IMG/VR virus record: IMGVR_UViG_3300020112_000420
Coordinates: 22,459-86,458 of that record
DNA: 64,000 nt
Strand: one strand, 5' to 3'
From: a virus
Lineage: Duplodnaviria > Caudoviricetes
Position numbers and translations under genes: made by a program. Below the pieces are notes generated by a model. The model worked only from the letters and a program-made list of their open reading frames with translations, was not told where the DNA came from and ran no database searches. Shown in pieces: positions 1 to 10,029 of the stretch; within the stretch, counting starts at the first letter, position 1; each line of letters starts with the position of its first letter.

Positions 1-85
1 CCCTTGTCGGTATTCAGCGAAAAGTAAAGTTCTTCAAGCCGTATTTCACGGTGGTAAACAACAATAAATGAAAGGAAAGCGATAA

Positions 86-701
86 ATGAAAAATCTGCCC
101 CTGAAGGTTCATATTCCAAAAGGCGACAAGCAAGTGGTCACGCTTGTGCCGATTGGAAACATACATTCGATACGCGAGGTGACGGACGAAAAAGACCTTT
201 CCTACGGTTTTAAGTCGCGTATATTCTTTTTGGGCGAGTCGGAAGGGTGCATATCCGTGTCTGACGACATACTAGACATTCTGAAGCAATACCAACATAT
301 GTTTGAGTTCGTGCAGTCAACTAAAAGCAAATTCAAAAAGGGAGCGTGAAAAAATGCTTTCACCACTTGCAGTTGCCACGGAACTTGAGACGTTCAAGAG
401 GGCGCATAACGGAGGTCAGATTATCACCGATGCCGTCCGAACGATACGGGAGCAGAACGATGAACTTCGGCATTACCGCGCAATGGAAGCGCAGTTCGGT
501 GATATGTTGAGGTTTGTCAAGAAGCACATGGGTCGCCGCATGGAGATATATGCTCGGCGCAAGAAATACAAGCGAACGGCGGGAGGATTGGAAGAGATAC
601 GGTATGTGATTCCGACGGGCGCGGAGCGCAACATGTTCGACGGCATGGTTCGCGAGTGCGAGAAGTATGTGCCGAACGCGGGAATTTACGGGAAACTGTG
701 A
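86..701 (+). CDS. Two small hypothetical phage proteins (86-349; 354-701)
   Basis: ORFs with AAGGA/GGAG-type RBS, tightly packed, same strand as all neighbours; no recognisable motif. Confidence 0.6.
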
Positions 702-946
702 AAGAGTACAAGTTTCAGATACGGTTTTCGCCGTGCTATTCGGACAATCCAAATCGCGATTGTCATTGGCACGATGTCGATACGATGACGGATGTTTCCC
801 GCCGTCATGCATTAGCGCACTTGAAGTCATTGTCACATGATGCTATTAGGTACGATTACAGACTTCTTGAACGCGAAGTGTTGCCGTGGAAAAGGTCGTT
901 TGTCGCCTACAAGTCAACAGAACAGCAAGAAAGGAAAAAACAAGGT
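698..946 (+). CDS. In-frame coding segment upstream of the ACP-like domain (GTG start overlapping the previous TGA); may be an N-terminal extension
   Basis: GTGA start/stop overlap at 698-701; no stop before the ACP ATG at 947. Confidence 0.4.
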
Positions 947-1204
947 ATGGATAATAAACGTGAGCAGTTTGAACGGCGCATCGAGGAAATCGTCGTGGCA
1001 CAACTCGGCGTAAACAAGGAGAAAGTGAAGGACGACGCGAACATCTGCGCCGACCTTGGTGCTGACTACCTTGACATGGTTGAACTCGTGATGGATGTCG
1101 AATGCAAACTTGAAATCACGATTCCCGACCAAATGGGCGAGACGATTCAGACCGTCAAACAACTGAAGGAAGTTGCTTGGGCGGAGTATTCTAAAGGCAT
1201 TTGA
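947..1204 (+). CDS. Acyl carrier protein-like protein with Tyr in place of the phosphopantetheine Ser
   Basis: EIVVAQLGV...ADLGADYLDMVELVMDVECKLEITIPD matches AcpP except DSL->DYL (TAC at 1067-1069); AAGGAAAAAACAAGGT RBS before ATG 947. Confidence 0.85.
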   Translation: MDNKREQFERRIEEIVVAQLGVNKEKVKDDANICADLGADYLDMVELVMDVECKLEITIPDQMGETIQTVKQLKEVAWAEYSKGI

Positions 1205-1220
1205 CGGGCGAAAAAAAATT

Positions 1221-1320
1221 AAAATACCCCCTTGCGGTGGATGCGACAAATATGCTATAATGTAAGCGTCAAAGGGAGAGAAGGTTTTGGCAAGGTGCTG
1301 AAACGCCCAATGGCAGAAGG
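1221..1320 (+). promoter_or_regulatory. Early promoter cassette A (sigma70-type) with structured leader
   Basis: AAAATACCCCC, TTGCGG 1232-1237, 18-bp spacer, TGc-TATAAT 1256-1261; hairpin 1284-1304 with AGG loop. Confidence 0.8.
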
Positions 1321-1344
1321 ACAAAAAAGGAAAGAAGGTCAGAA

Positions 1345-2158
1345 ATGGCGGAAATGATGAAGAGGTACGAAATGACGCAGGACGAGCGTAATGCCATGCG
1401 TCGGATTGCGGGCGACCAGTCGTGGGGATTCACCTACGATGAAGTGCTTGCCATGTCAAAGGTTGCGCAGATGTGCGACATTGGCTCTTTTACTATGTTC
1501 GACATGAAGAAGTATCTGCCGAAGACGTGGGATATTCCCGCAAGCATCGACAAGCCGAACAAACTCAAGGTGTTCATTTCGGACTTGCTTGAGGATTGCA
1601 ACTTTCACGGCGAGTCGTGCCTTATCGACGGTTGTTGCTATCGTCTTCTCGACGAGCATTACAACATGCTGAAGGCGCACGAGGAGGAATGACCATGAGC
1701 AAGTACAACACATTGGACGAGTTGCAGACCACGCCAGGGAATTGGCAAATGTCGTCGCCAACGAATGAGTTGGCTATAATGACGGATGCATCGCCTTGGG
1801 TGATTGCGACCATATGCGACTATGCGACGGGAACTTCTATGGCGAAACGGAACGGTCGTCTTATGATGGCTTCCCGTGAACTGTACGATGCTTGCTATGA
1901 GGCGTTGCATTGCGGAAAGGCGGTTTATCTTGGTGACAAGGTGCTGTCTAAACTGATTGCGGCGTTGGAAAAGGCGGGAGGGCTTGAAAAATGAAGACTG
2001 TTGAAGAGTTGGATGAAAACAAGGTTCGCGATGCCTCCCGAAAACTCTATTCGGCATTGCGCCGTTGCTATGTGGCGTTCGGTCATGTCAACGCGCCTTC
2101 CTTGTGGGAAGAGGTCAAGTGTGCGCTATCGGAAGCGTCGGGGGAGCAACTGACATGA
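1345..2158 (+). CDS. Three early hypothetical proteins (1345-1692; 1689-1994; 1991-2158)
   Basis: ORFs coupled by ATGA overlaps directly downstream of cassette A. Confidence 0.6.
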
Positions 2159-2445
2159 CAATGGAATTGTTTGCATGAGTGATATGAAATTAAATAAGAC
2201 GAGAAGTTTCAAAGTGCCTGAAAGAAAACATCCTACATTGATTTCACAGCCCCATCGTGAGGCGCGTGTTAAAACGGAAATCACGAAGGCAACAGACGTG
2301 CGTGGGTGCAAACACGGAAGCGTTGAGCCGACAACGGGGAGATAATACTGCCAACCATGGAGAGCGACTTCATTGCCCCAAAAAGGAGAGTAATACTGGT
2401 ACCACCGTTCCCGTTCGGTGTCCTCGCAAACGGGATGGTCTTGAA

Positions 2446-2958
2446 ATGAAAAACAACATGATAATAACAGAAGGTAAACACATTCTCGATGTGACGTGTA
2501 GCAACCGTTCAATCTGGTTTGACAAGGAATGTCCTATAGCGTTGTATTGCGATAAGCGTAAATGCGTAGAAACGGTAGTGTTTGCAGGTGGAAAGAAAAA
2601 ACAAGATTGCGTTGTCAACCCCGATGTTGTGTGCGACTTCACAGACCTACCATTCTTCGACAATTCATTTGAACTCGTCGTCTTTGACCCTCCCCATGCT
2701 TTGAACATAAACGAGGATTCTTGGACGTGTAAGAGATATGGAACTTTGCTCAATGGGTGGGAAGAGGTGGTAAAAAGCGGTATCAATGAATGTATGCGCG
2801 TTCTGAAGCCATACGGAACTTTGATATTCAAATGGAGCGATGTTCACATTTCCACAGCCGACGTTATAAAGGCAATCGGAATTACGCCGTTGTTTGGGCA
2901 TAGAAGCGGTAAGAAAATGAACACACATTGGATGGTTTTTATGAAAGGAGATAAATAA
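2446..2958 (+). CDS. SAM-dependent (probably amino) DNA methyltransferase, small phage type
   Basis: ILDVTCSNRSIWFDK...CDFTDLPF..SFELVVFDPPH...HWMVFMK. Confidence 0.7.
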   Translation: MKNNMIITEGKHILDVTCSNRSIWFDKECPIALYCDKRKCVETVVFAGGKKKQDCVVNPDVVCDFTDLPFFDNSFELVVFDPPHALNINEDSWTCKRYGTLLNGWEEVVKSGINECMRVLKPYGTLIFKWSDVHISTADVIKAIGITPLFGHRSGKKMNTHWMVFMKGDK

Positions 2959-2959
2959 C

Positions 2960-4068
2960 ATGGTCATTAACTTCAGCACCAGACGACGGGATGTGGATAA
3001 TTCCGTATACTTCGGGTCGTGCATTATTCAGAATTGGCTGTTTGCCGCCATCAAAGAAGAGGCATGGAAAAAGCACATTAGCGAGAACACCTTGATACGG
3101 AAGATTCTTGCCGAGCATTTCAAGTCCAAGAAGCCGAACGGTTGCATTGCCGACCCCGTGGATGAACTCGACAAGCGTATGAGAACAAGTGACTAATGGT
3201 TTTGTATGCACGACGTGGAAAGTGCCATTTATCCAGTTGTTGAATTTGCAAGAAGCCATTTGTTGGTAAACCAATGGGATGCGGCAAAGGTTGTATCTAC
3301 TGCATATTTCAAACTCGTTGCATGTGGTGACGAAGCAGAACAGAATGAAGTTGCGAAAATCATCATGTCCGTTGATTGCAAGGTAAGCAAAAAACACCAT
3401 AACCTTGAATGTGGAATAAGGATAAATGAATGGGATGCACTTGATGCCATATTTGAAATACAAAAGATTTTTGGATATGGCTTTTTCTCAAAAAGGTTTA
3501 GAAGAAAACTGACGAAGATTGTTGAAAATTCAAACTTATTCAAGGCACGGACAACTCTTATTGAAGTTTTGAAAGCCGCATATTAGGTGTTTTGTATTTG
3601 ATTACGAAAGGAATTAAGCATGACAAACAATAAAAAGGTAATGGTTTGCGAAGCGGAAGATTCGCGCATGGTTGGGTTGAAGTTCGACGTTCCCGACCTC
3701 TTGGCGCAGTCCAGCGACTTCGCCGTGAAGAAGTTTATGAAGCGTTATATCGCGGAACGATTCGACATCGACATGTCTGGCGTTTCTCTTACCGTCACTT
3801 CCGAAGAATAACATTGACAATGAAGAGATTGAAAAATCTTGTGTATGCCCTTTTGTTTGGTATGGTAATCGGTATTGGGATTGACATAGCACATAGCGTA
3901 GAGGTTATTCCTATAAAGCATGACGAACTTTCAAAAGAGATTAATGACCTTAAAAGCACCATTAAAGAACAAGAGCGTTTGATTCGCGCACAGCATGACA
4001 CGATTGAGAACATGCAGAGGCAGATAATTAAGTACAAGCGGCTGTCTGAAAAGAAATCGTCTACTTGA
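2960..4068 (+). CDS. Four hypothetical proteins (2960-3196; 3206-3586; 3620-3811; 3820-4068, the last with an N-terminal TM helix and coiled coil)
   Basis: Packed + strand ORFs; hydrophobic LVYALLFGMVIGIGIDIA in the last. Confidence 0.55.
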
Positions 4069-4081
4069 CACGGTATAGAAA

Positions 4082-4774
4082 ATGCGAGAGATATACAATA
4101 CCGACTGTTTTTCGTGCATTGAAAAGACTGTTTCCGAAGTCAGCAACCCAATCATTGTGACTGACCCACCCTTTAACGTTGGATATGGGTACGATGAATA
4201 TGTCGATAGGTTGCCAGAAGAAGAATACCTTGAAAAGTTGGATTATATTTTTAGTCTTTGCCCATCTGTCGTGATACACTATCCCGAACATTTGTATAAA
4301 TTGTCGGTAAAGATGGGAAAGATACCGATGCGCGTCATATCTTGGGTTTACAATTCAAATACGCCACGTCAGCACCGCGACATTGCCTATTTCGGTATCG
4401 AGCCTGATTTTCACGGGTTGGGTGAATATAAAAATCCAACAGACAAGAGAATTGCCGAGCGTATATCAGAAGGGAAAAAGCCGATTGGCTATGATTGGGT
4501 GTATGCAGACCAAGTGAAGAATGTCAGCAAGGGTGTAAATTCTCATCCGTGTCAAATGCCTCTCGCTGTCATGTTGTATGTGGTGAGGACTTTGCCACAC
4601 GACTGCACAATCATTGACCCATTTATGGGTAGCGGAACAACATGTTTGGCGGCAAAAAGGAACGGCATGGAGTATGTCGGAATTGAGATAAGCAAACGGT
4701 ACTTCAAAATTGCCTACAACAGATTGAATAACGATTCTCCATTGTTTGATACCATTGAAGGTAATGAAAAATGA
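4082..4774 (+). CDS. DNA N6-adenine/N4-cytosine methyltransferase, beta class
   Basis: TDPPF followed by HPCQMP and DPFMGSGTT. Confidence 0.9.
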   Translation: MREIYNTDCFSCIEKTVSEVSNPIIVTDPPFNVGYGYDEYVDRLPEEEYLEKLDYIFSLCPSVVIHYPEHLYKLSVKMGKIPMRVISWVYNSNTPRQHRDIAYFGIEPDFHGLGEYKNPTDKRIAERISEGKKPIGYDWVYADQVKNVSKGVNSHPCQMPLAVMLYVVRTLPHDCTIIDPFMGSGTTCLAAKRNGMEYVGIEISKRYFKIAYNRLNNDSPLFDTIEGNEK

Positions 4775-5259
4775 AAATAAAAAAGCAAATCAAGAACAAA
4801 CCAAAAACGCTGTCACCTTGGGAATGGACGCTCATTGTTGCCGCGTGGCGATACTACGAGAACCGCATGACGATTGCATCTTCCATGTTCCCGCATGAAA
4901 TCATCGAGCATTTCTTCTGTGGCGCGTATGACGAAGATTCATGCAACCGCATTGCCCGTCAGTTTTCCTATATTGACCACCACAATGGCGAAAGCGATTG
5001 GAGTGGTACGAAGTACCTTATGGATATGGATAAAACGCCGTGGTGCAAGTTCTACGCCTTTATGAAGGCGTGGATAGACGGATTCGCAACCGTGACGGTC
5101 AGCGACGGGAAAAAGACCGAGGTTGTCGAGGCGTTTTACTGCGAGTTCACGAAGCGATGGCATCCGAAGCAGTTGTATATGGCGGGTGGACTGCACGAAA
5201 GCGCATACATACCACCGGAATACATTAAGAAGATTGTCGGGGGAAATCGAAATGTTTGA
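4771..5259 (+). CDS. Hypothetical protein
   Basis: 162-aa ORF overlapping both neighbours. Confidence 0.6.
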   Translation: MKIKKQIKNKPKTLSPWEWTLIVAAWRYYENRMTIASSMFPHEIIEHFFCGAYDEDSCNRIARQFSYIDHHNGESDWSGTKYLMDMDKTPWCKFYAFMKAWIDGFATVTVSDGKKTEVVEAFYCEFTKRWHPKQLYMAGGLHESAYIPPEYIKKIVGGNRNV

Positions 5260-6010
5260 ATACGACACGATATGTCAAGGGGATTGTCTGTCAGGCATGA
5301 AGGCAATGCCCGATGCTTGCGTTGACACGATTGTGACTTCTCCGCCATACAATAAGAAAGGGCAATCCAAGAAGAAGGGAAATCAGATTTGGGGAGGGTT
5401 TCGGATAGATTACGACTCGTATCAAGATAGTCTTGACAATGACGAATATGATGATTGGATGCGTCAATTGCTTTGTGAGTTCAACAGGATTCTCAAGCCG
5501 AATGGTTCTGTATTCTTTAATCATAAGGTTATACTTGAAAATTGCACGGCTCATTTCCCTTCTTTCGTATTGGATTGTGGAATACATTTATATCAGTTAG
5601 TAGTATGGAATAGGATGTGCAGTTGCAACATTAGAAATGATACATTGTTTCCGACATACGAACTTGTGTTTTGGCTTTCAAAAGGTAAGCCGAATGTTTA
5701 CAAGGAGCAGGCGACATACAAGAATGACATTTGGAACATACCACCCGAAAAGAATAGCGAACATCCAGCACCTTTCCCTTATAAATTGGCTGAAAACTGT
5801 ATTCTTCTGACAAATCCTAAAAACAGCGGAAATTTGATATTCGACCCTTTTATGGGTAGTGGAACAACGGCTGTTGCGGCTAAAAATACTGGAAATCATT
5901 TTTTAGGTTTTGAATTGTCTGAAGATTATCGAAGAATGGCAATGAAACGAATTGCTAATGTAAAGTCATTCAAAAATGGGATTGTTCAGAACGACCTTTT
6001 TGGAGATTGA
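5252..6010 (+). CDS. DNA N4-cytosine/N6-adenine methyltransferase, beta class
   Basis: TSPPY, HPAPFP, DPFMGSGTT; C-terminal QNDLF. Confidence 0.9.
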   Translation: MFEYDTICQGDCLSGMKAMPDACVDTIVTSPPYNKKGQSKKKGNQIWGGFRIDYDSYQDSLDNDEYDDWMRQLLCEFNRILKPNGSVFFNHKVILENCTAHFPSFVLDCGIHLYQLVVWNRMCSCNIRNDTLFPTYELVFWLSKGKPNVYKEQATYKNDIWNIPPEKNSEHPAPFPYKLAENCILLTNPKNSGNLIFDPFMGSGTTAVAAKNTGNHFLGFELSEDYRRMAMKRIANVKSFKNGIVQNDLFGD

Positions 6011-6111
6011 ATATGCACGAAGACCTCATTGTGAAGTTAGCCGTCGTCGTTTCTTGCTTGTTCTCTTTTACGCTTGTGTTCTTGGCAAGCCGACACATGG
6101 AGCATTGATTT

Positions 6112-6273
6112 ATGAGCAATGGAATATACATTGATAGGTCGTCCAAGGGCGACGGTCGAAGGCACGAATCCTACCGTGCAGAGGTAAATGTAAACGGAAA
6201 GCGCATACGCAAACGGTTCTATACCTATGCTGAAGCCCGCGCTTGGTATGACACGAACAAAGGAAAAAAGTAA
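6112..6273 (+). CDS. Small AP2/arm-type DNA-binding-like protein (53 aa)
   Basis: My translation MSNGIYIDRSSKGDGRRHESYRAEVNVNGKRIRKRFYTYAEARAWY fits the three-strand plus helix AP2 pattern. Confidence 0.4.
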   Translation: MSNGIYIDRSSKGDGRRHESYRAEVNVNGKRIRKRFYTYAEARAWYDTNKGKK

Positions 6274-6983
6274 TGAAAATAGACGGCAAGGTGCATTGTT
6301 TCTTTGAACAGTCGGGGACATTCAAGAACGAGTTTATCAAACTCGGTGTTCCCGCCGAGGACTACGACATACAAAACAACTTCGGGCAGACAGACCACGT
6401 TGTGGACTTGTTCGGAGAAATCGAAAAGGCATATGACGGCAAGCCGAGTCTTTTCGACGGAATAGGCAAGGACGATTTGATTATGGCGTTCTTCCCGTGC
6501 ATATACTTCTGTGACAATAATTCATTTTACTTCACCGATGTTGCAATAAATCTCCGTCATTTCAAAGATGACATAGCAGGAAGGTATCGTAGTATAATTC
6601 AAAGAAGCAAGGATAGGGAGTTTTTTTATCAGTTGCTATGGAAATTGGTTTATATCTCGAAAACAAGGCATATTCGACTAATCATAGAGAATCCTTGGGA
6701 CACAAATGGAACGACATATCTTCAGCACAATTTCATAAAACCATCTTTGATTGACAAGAACAGGATGGTTCGTGGTGATAAGTTCAAAAAGCCGACAGCA
6801 TACTGGTTTATAGAGTGCGAAAGGACGCACGCATTGTCACCTCAAAACGACAAGGTGCAAGTTAAAATTAGAAAATCTAAAGGAGGTTCAAAAGGGGTGT
6901 GTAGCGAAGATAGGTCGATGATAAGTTCCGACTACGCAAGGAACTTCATTTGCGACTTCATATTCGGTGGGGGGGGGGTATAA
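6273..6983 (+). CDS. Compact C5-cytosine-methyltransferase-like protein; G10 tract just before the stop
   Basis: FFEQSG (motif I-like), AFFPC (motif IV PC), IIENP (motif VI), KKPTAYW; poly-G 6969-6978. Confidence 0.6.
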   Translation: MKIDGKVHCFFEQSGTFKNEFIKLGVPAEDYDIQNNFGQTDHVVDLFGEIEKAYDGKPSLFDGIGKDDLIMAFFPCIYFCDNNSFYFTDVAINLRHFKDDIAGRYRSIIQRSKDREFFYQLLWKLVYISKTRHIRLIIENPWDTNGTTYLQHNFIKPSLIDKNRMVRGDKFKKPTAYWFIECERTHALSPQNDKVQVKIRKSKGGSKGVCSEDRSMISSDYARNFICDFIFGGGGV

Positions 6984-7024
6984 TACCGTTCCCCAGCAGA
7001 TAGATTTGTTTGATTTATAATGCC

Positions 7025-7040
7025 TTGACCCATTGGCTAT
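7025..7040 (+). promoter_or_regulatory. Putative phage late promoter (copy 1 of 10)
   Basis: TTGAC-CCAT-TGGCTAT. Confidence 0.7.
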
Positions 7041-7062
7041 CCGTGGAAGGGTTTTCAATGCT

Positions 7063-8190
7063 ATGGAAGACAATATCACGGAATTGGTAAGGGAGATTGG
7101 TCGATTTTCATCTGTTGGAAACGCTGTCCGTGTAATGGCAACGGACATGCGTGATAGGTTGGGTCTAGAACACGACAAATTGGGTCGATTTGCCAAGAAG
7201 GACGGGAGTTCCTCCGAGACGGGTGTTGAGTTCGCTCTGTCGCTTGTTGACAAAAAGAAACTTGAGTCGGTTCGCGCCGTCGGAAACTATACGACGGCAG
7301 ATGGAAAGAAGCACGACACGCGCATTAACAACAATACGGGTAAGCCGATTTCAAAGGCGTTGAACGACTGTATTGACGCGCTTATGTGCGGCGTAGCGGT
7401 CACGGCGGCGGAAATAGAGCAAACGCCCGAATGGAAGTTGGCGAGAGAGCAGTTGCGCCAGCACCGAGCGACGAATTGGAAGAAGAACGGATTTGTCTAT
7501 ACGCATAACATCGACACGAAGGAGCGCGGAGAACTCCGTAGCAAAGTCGAGAGTGACGCGCTTGCCGAAGTCATTACGCGGGAGCAGAATCCAGACGCAT
7601 TCGACTATGCGGACAAGACTGGGGCTGAACTGAAGCCATGGAAGGTGAAGCGCGGTCATGTCATTGACGTTATCACGGGACTTCCCGCCGCTGGAAAGTC
7701 AACGACGTTTGCCAACAAACTGTCGGTCGAGAACGAGGCGCGTCTGATTGATTCTGACGAGTTCAAGAAGCGTATGCCCGAATACAACCGAGGTCTCGGC
7801 GCGGATATGGTTCACGAGGAGTCGTCCCGCATTGCCAAGCGTGTATTTCAGAAGGCGGTCGAGCGTGGCGAGAACATTACCTATCCCGTCATTGGTTTCA
7901 AGGCGGACAAGTTGCGCGAGATGTTCAAGTATCTGCGCGACAACGGCTATACGATTCGCCTCCATTTGAACGAGATGGACGCGAACAAGGCGAAGGGGCG
8001 TATGCTTCTGCGGTTCGCGGAACGTGGTCGTTTTCTTCCCTTGTCGCTGTTCCGCAAGTACGGCAACAAGCCGACGGACGCTTACAACGCCGTCAAGGGC
8101 GAGGTGGACTTCTATGAGAAGTACCGTAGCGAGACGGGGATTGGCGAGAAGCCGAAACTCATTGAAAAGGGCGGCAAGGAATCCAAGTAA
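7063..8190 (+). CDS. Zeta-toxin-like P-loop kinase with an N-terminal leader
   Basis: GLPAAGKST, LIDSDEFKK, VHEESS; leader VREIGR...VMATD...EHDKLGRFAKK. Confidence 0.75.
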   Translation: MEDNITELVREIGRFSSVGNAVRVMATDMRDRLGLEHDKLGRFAKKDGSSSETGVEFALSLVDKKKLESVRAVGNYTTADGKKHDTRINNNTGKPISKALNDCIDALMCGVAVTAAEIEQTPEWKLAREQLRQHRATNWKKNGFVYTHNIDTKERGELRSKVESDALAEVITREQNPDAFDYADKTGAELKPWKVKRGHVIDVITGLPAAGKSTTFANKLSVENEARLIDSDEFKKRMPEYNRGLGADMVHEESSRIAKRVFQKAVERGENITYPVIGFKADKLREMFKYLRDNGYTIRLHLNEMDANKAKGRMLLRFAERGRFLPLSLFRKYGNKPTDAYNAVKGEVDFYEKYRSETGIGEKPKLIEKGGKESK

Positions 8191-8216
8191 TCTAACGAGA
8201 AAGGTCTGATAGGGTT

Positions 8217-8441
8217 ATGGCGGACAACCATGTGATTGGCGACGACAAAAGCGCGGCGGAAGTTTACGCGGAATACAAGGACGGAATGATTGACCGCGAG
8301 ATGTTCATGGAATGGCTTATCGAGCGTCACGATGCGAAACTCATCGACGACGCGACGTATGACAAGTATGCGGACGAACTGACGTGCGACGTGTACGGCG
8401 AGACCGATACGGTGGCGGATGTCGAAGACGAGGAGGAGTGA
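8217..8441 (+). CDS. Small acidic protein (possible inhibitor/antitoxin of the kinase)
   Basis: 74 aa, D/E-rich, directly downstream of the kinase. Confidence 0.55.
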   Translation: MADNHVIGDDKSAAEVYAEYKDGMIDREMFMEWLIERHDAKLIDDATYDKYADELTCDVYGETDTVADVEDEEE

Positions 8442-8446
8442 AGGTC

Positions 8447-10009
8447 ATGGCGGAAGAGAACGAGAATGTCGAGACGTTTGACGTGGCGGAAAGCGTCAGG
8501 GAGATTGCGCGTATGGCTTTGGATGCGTCCGAAGTCAAGCGTTCCGTGGCGGATTGCACGGCAAAGGGCGGCCCCGAAAACTGCCCGTACCACCGTCAGT
8601 TCATACATAAGGAAGGCGAAGGCGTAGCGTCATACTACAACAAGAAGAAGATTGTCGAAAAGAACGGCAAGCGCGTCTATATCGACACTGGCGCGTCGGA
8701 GAACAGCAAGTTTCTGACAGACAAGGAGAAGAAGGATGGCGTTCGGAGCGACCCCGAATTTGGAACGAAGATTTACAAGGGCGGAGAGAAGAAGCGCAAG
8801 CCACCGAAAGGTGCGCGTTCCATTGGTATTGTGTTGCCCGAAGCGAAAGCACCCGATGCCACGCCGAACCTTGACAGTTTCAAGAACGTGGAAGAGGTGC
8901 GCGTTGCCAAGATAAACGAACTCGCCGCCGACCAAGTGTACGTCCGTTCTGAAGACCCGATTGCTGGCGTTGAAATCAAGCAGAACGACCGACTGAAGAA
9001 AGAGGAGCGCGTCGCCAAGAAAGGCGAGGCGGGTATGCCCGTCTACAAGTGGACGAAGGGTGGCAAGGAAGTCGAGCCGTCTGAAGCGTTGCGCCTTGAA
9101 GCCGCGCTCGGAGAATTGAAGATCGGTGCGGCTCTTTCCGCCGACAGCGCGGACGTGAGGATTCGCGCCGATATTGCCAACGGGTTCGGGCAGATTGCGC
9201 AGTACAAGGACGGCAAGGGGAACGTGAAGTACGGCTATTCGCAGACGTTCAAGGACGCTTGCGCCATTGAGAAGTGGAAACGCCTTGAAGGTCTTTTCGG
9301 ACATTACGATGACATTCTCCATAAAATCATGGGCGACTGTCAGAAGGGGCGCAAGGAGGCGATTATCGCCTACTTCATGTACCGAACGAAGTGCCGCATT
9401 GGGTCGAAGAGTAACCCGAAGCCGAACGAAGGGCGCGGGGCGACTTCGCTCACGACGGGGAACTTCGCCGTGGATGGTGACGACGTGTTCCGCGTGTCGT
9501 TCCCCGCCAAGAACGGCTATTGGCACGTCAGTTGCCAGGACAAGTTCCTGACGGACTTCATTCGCAAGCGCAAGGAAGAGATACGGGCAAGCGGCGAAGG
9601 AATGAACAGCGAGAAGGTGTTTGGCGTTTCCTACGGTAAGGTCAACGACTATCTCAAAGAAATCAGCCGAGAGTATGTCGGAGGCGACGACAAGTTGGCG
9701 TTTCGTCCGCACAATTTCAGGCATTTCGCCGCAACCCGAATCGCCGTTCAGAAAATGGACGAGTTCGCGGCTGGCGTTGACCCCGAAAAAGACCCGTTGA
9801 AGTACCAGACAGCCGTGTGCAAGGCAATCACGGAAGCGGCGAAGGTACTCAACGATACCCCGAAGGTGGTTTACGAATCCTACGTCATACCGCGTATGCT
9901 CTATGCGAAGAATCCGAAGATGATGGTAGGGCAATTCCCGTATTTGAGCGAAAAGCGCGGTCTTGAAGGTCTGACAATGGAAGACTTCGACGAGGACGAC
10001 GACGACTAA
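8447..10009 (+). CDS. Type IB DNA topoisomerase with a long N-terminal extension
   Basis: QYKD..G..KYGY, CRIG, FPAK, FRPHNFRHFAAT, LNDTPKVVYESY (Tyr codon 9881-9883) match the poxvirus/bacterial TopIB catalytic order. Confidence 0.8.
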   Translation: MAEENENVETFDVAESVREIARMALDASEVKRSVADCTAKGGPENCPYHRQFIHKEGEGVASYYNKKKIVEKNGKRVYIDTGASENSKFLTDKEKKDGVRSDPEFGTKIYKGGEKKRKPPKGARSIGIVLPEAKAPDATPNLDSFKNVEEVRVAKINELAADQVYVRSEDPIAGVEIKQNDRLKKEERVAKKGEAGMPVYKWTKGGKEVEPSEALRLEAALGELKIGAALSADSADVRIRADIANGFGQIAQYKDGKGNVKYGYSQTFKDACAIEKWKRLEGLFGHYDDILHKIMGDCQKGRKEAIIAYFMYRTKCRIGSKSNPKPNEGRGATSLTTGNFAVDGDDVFRVSFPAKNGYWHVSCQDKFLTDFIRKRKEEIRASGEGMNSEKVFGVSYGKVNDYLKEISREYVGGDDKLAFRPHNFRHFAATRIAVQKMDEFAAGVDPEKDPLKYQTAVCKAITEAAKVLNDTPKVVYESYVIPRMLYAKNPKMMVGQFPYLSEKRGLEGLTMEDFDEDDDD

Positions 10010-10029
10010 TAGCGAAAGGAAACAGCGAA

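Noticed and set aside
2160-2445. N-terminal extension of the MTase ORF (2257) or a decayed gene
   Set aside because: Homology-like motifs begin only at ATG 2446; the upstream piece has no identifiable family
7025-7040. Late motif as a sigma54 promoter
   Set aside because: Element order and sequence do not match TGGCAC-N5-TTGC
8447-10009. Possible tyrosine integrase (R...H-x-x-R...Y)
   Set aside because: The KYGY/RIG/F-x-x-K/TP-x5-SY layout fits TopIB, it has a virion-type leader, and no att site or repressor is nearby
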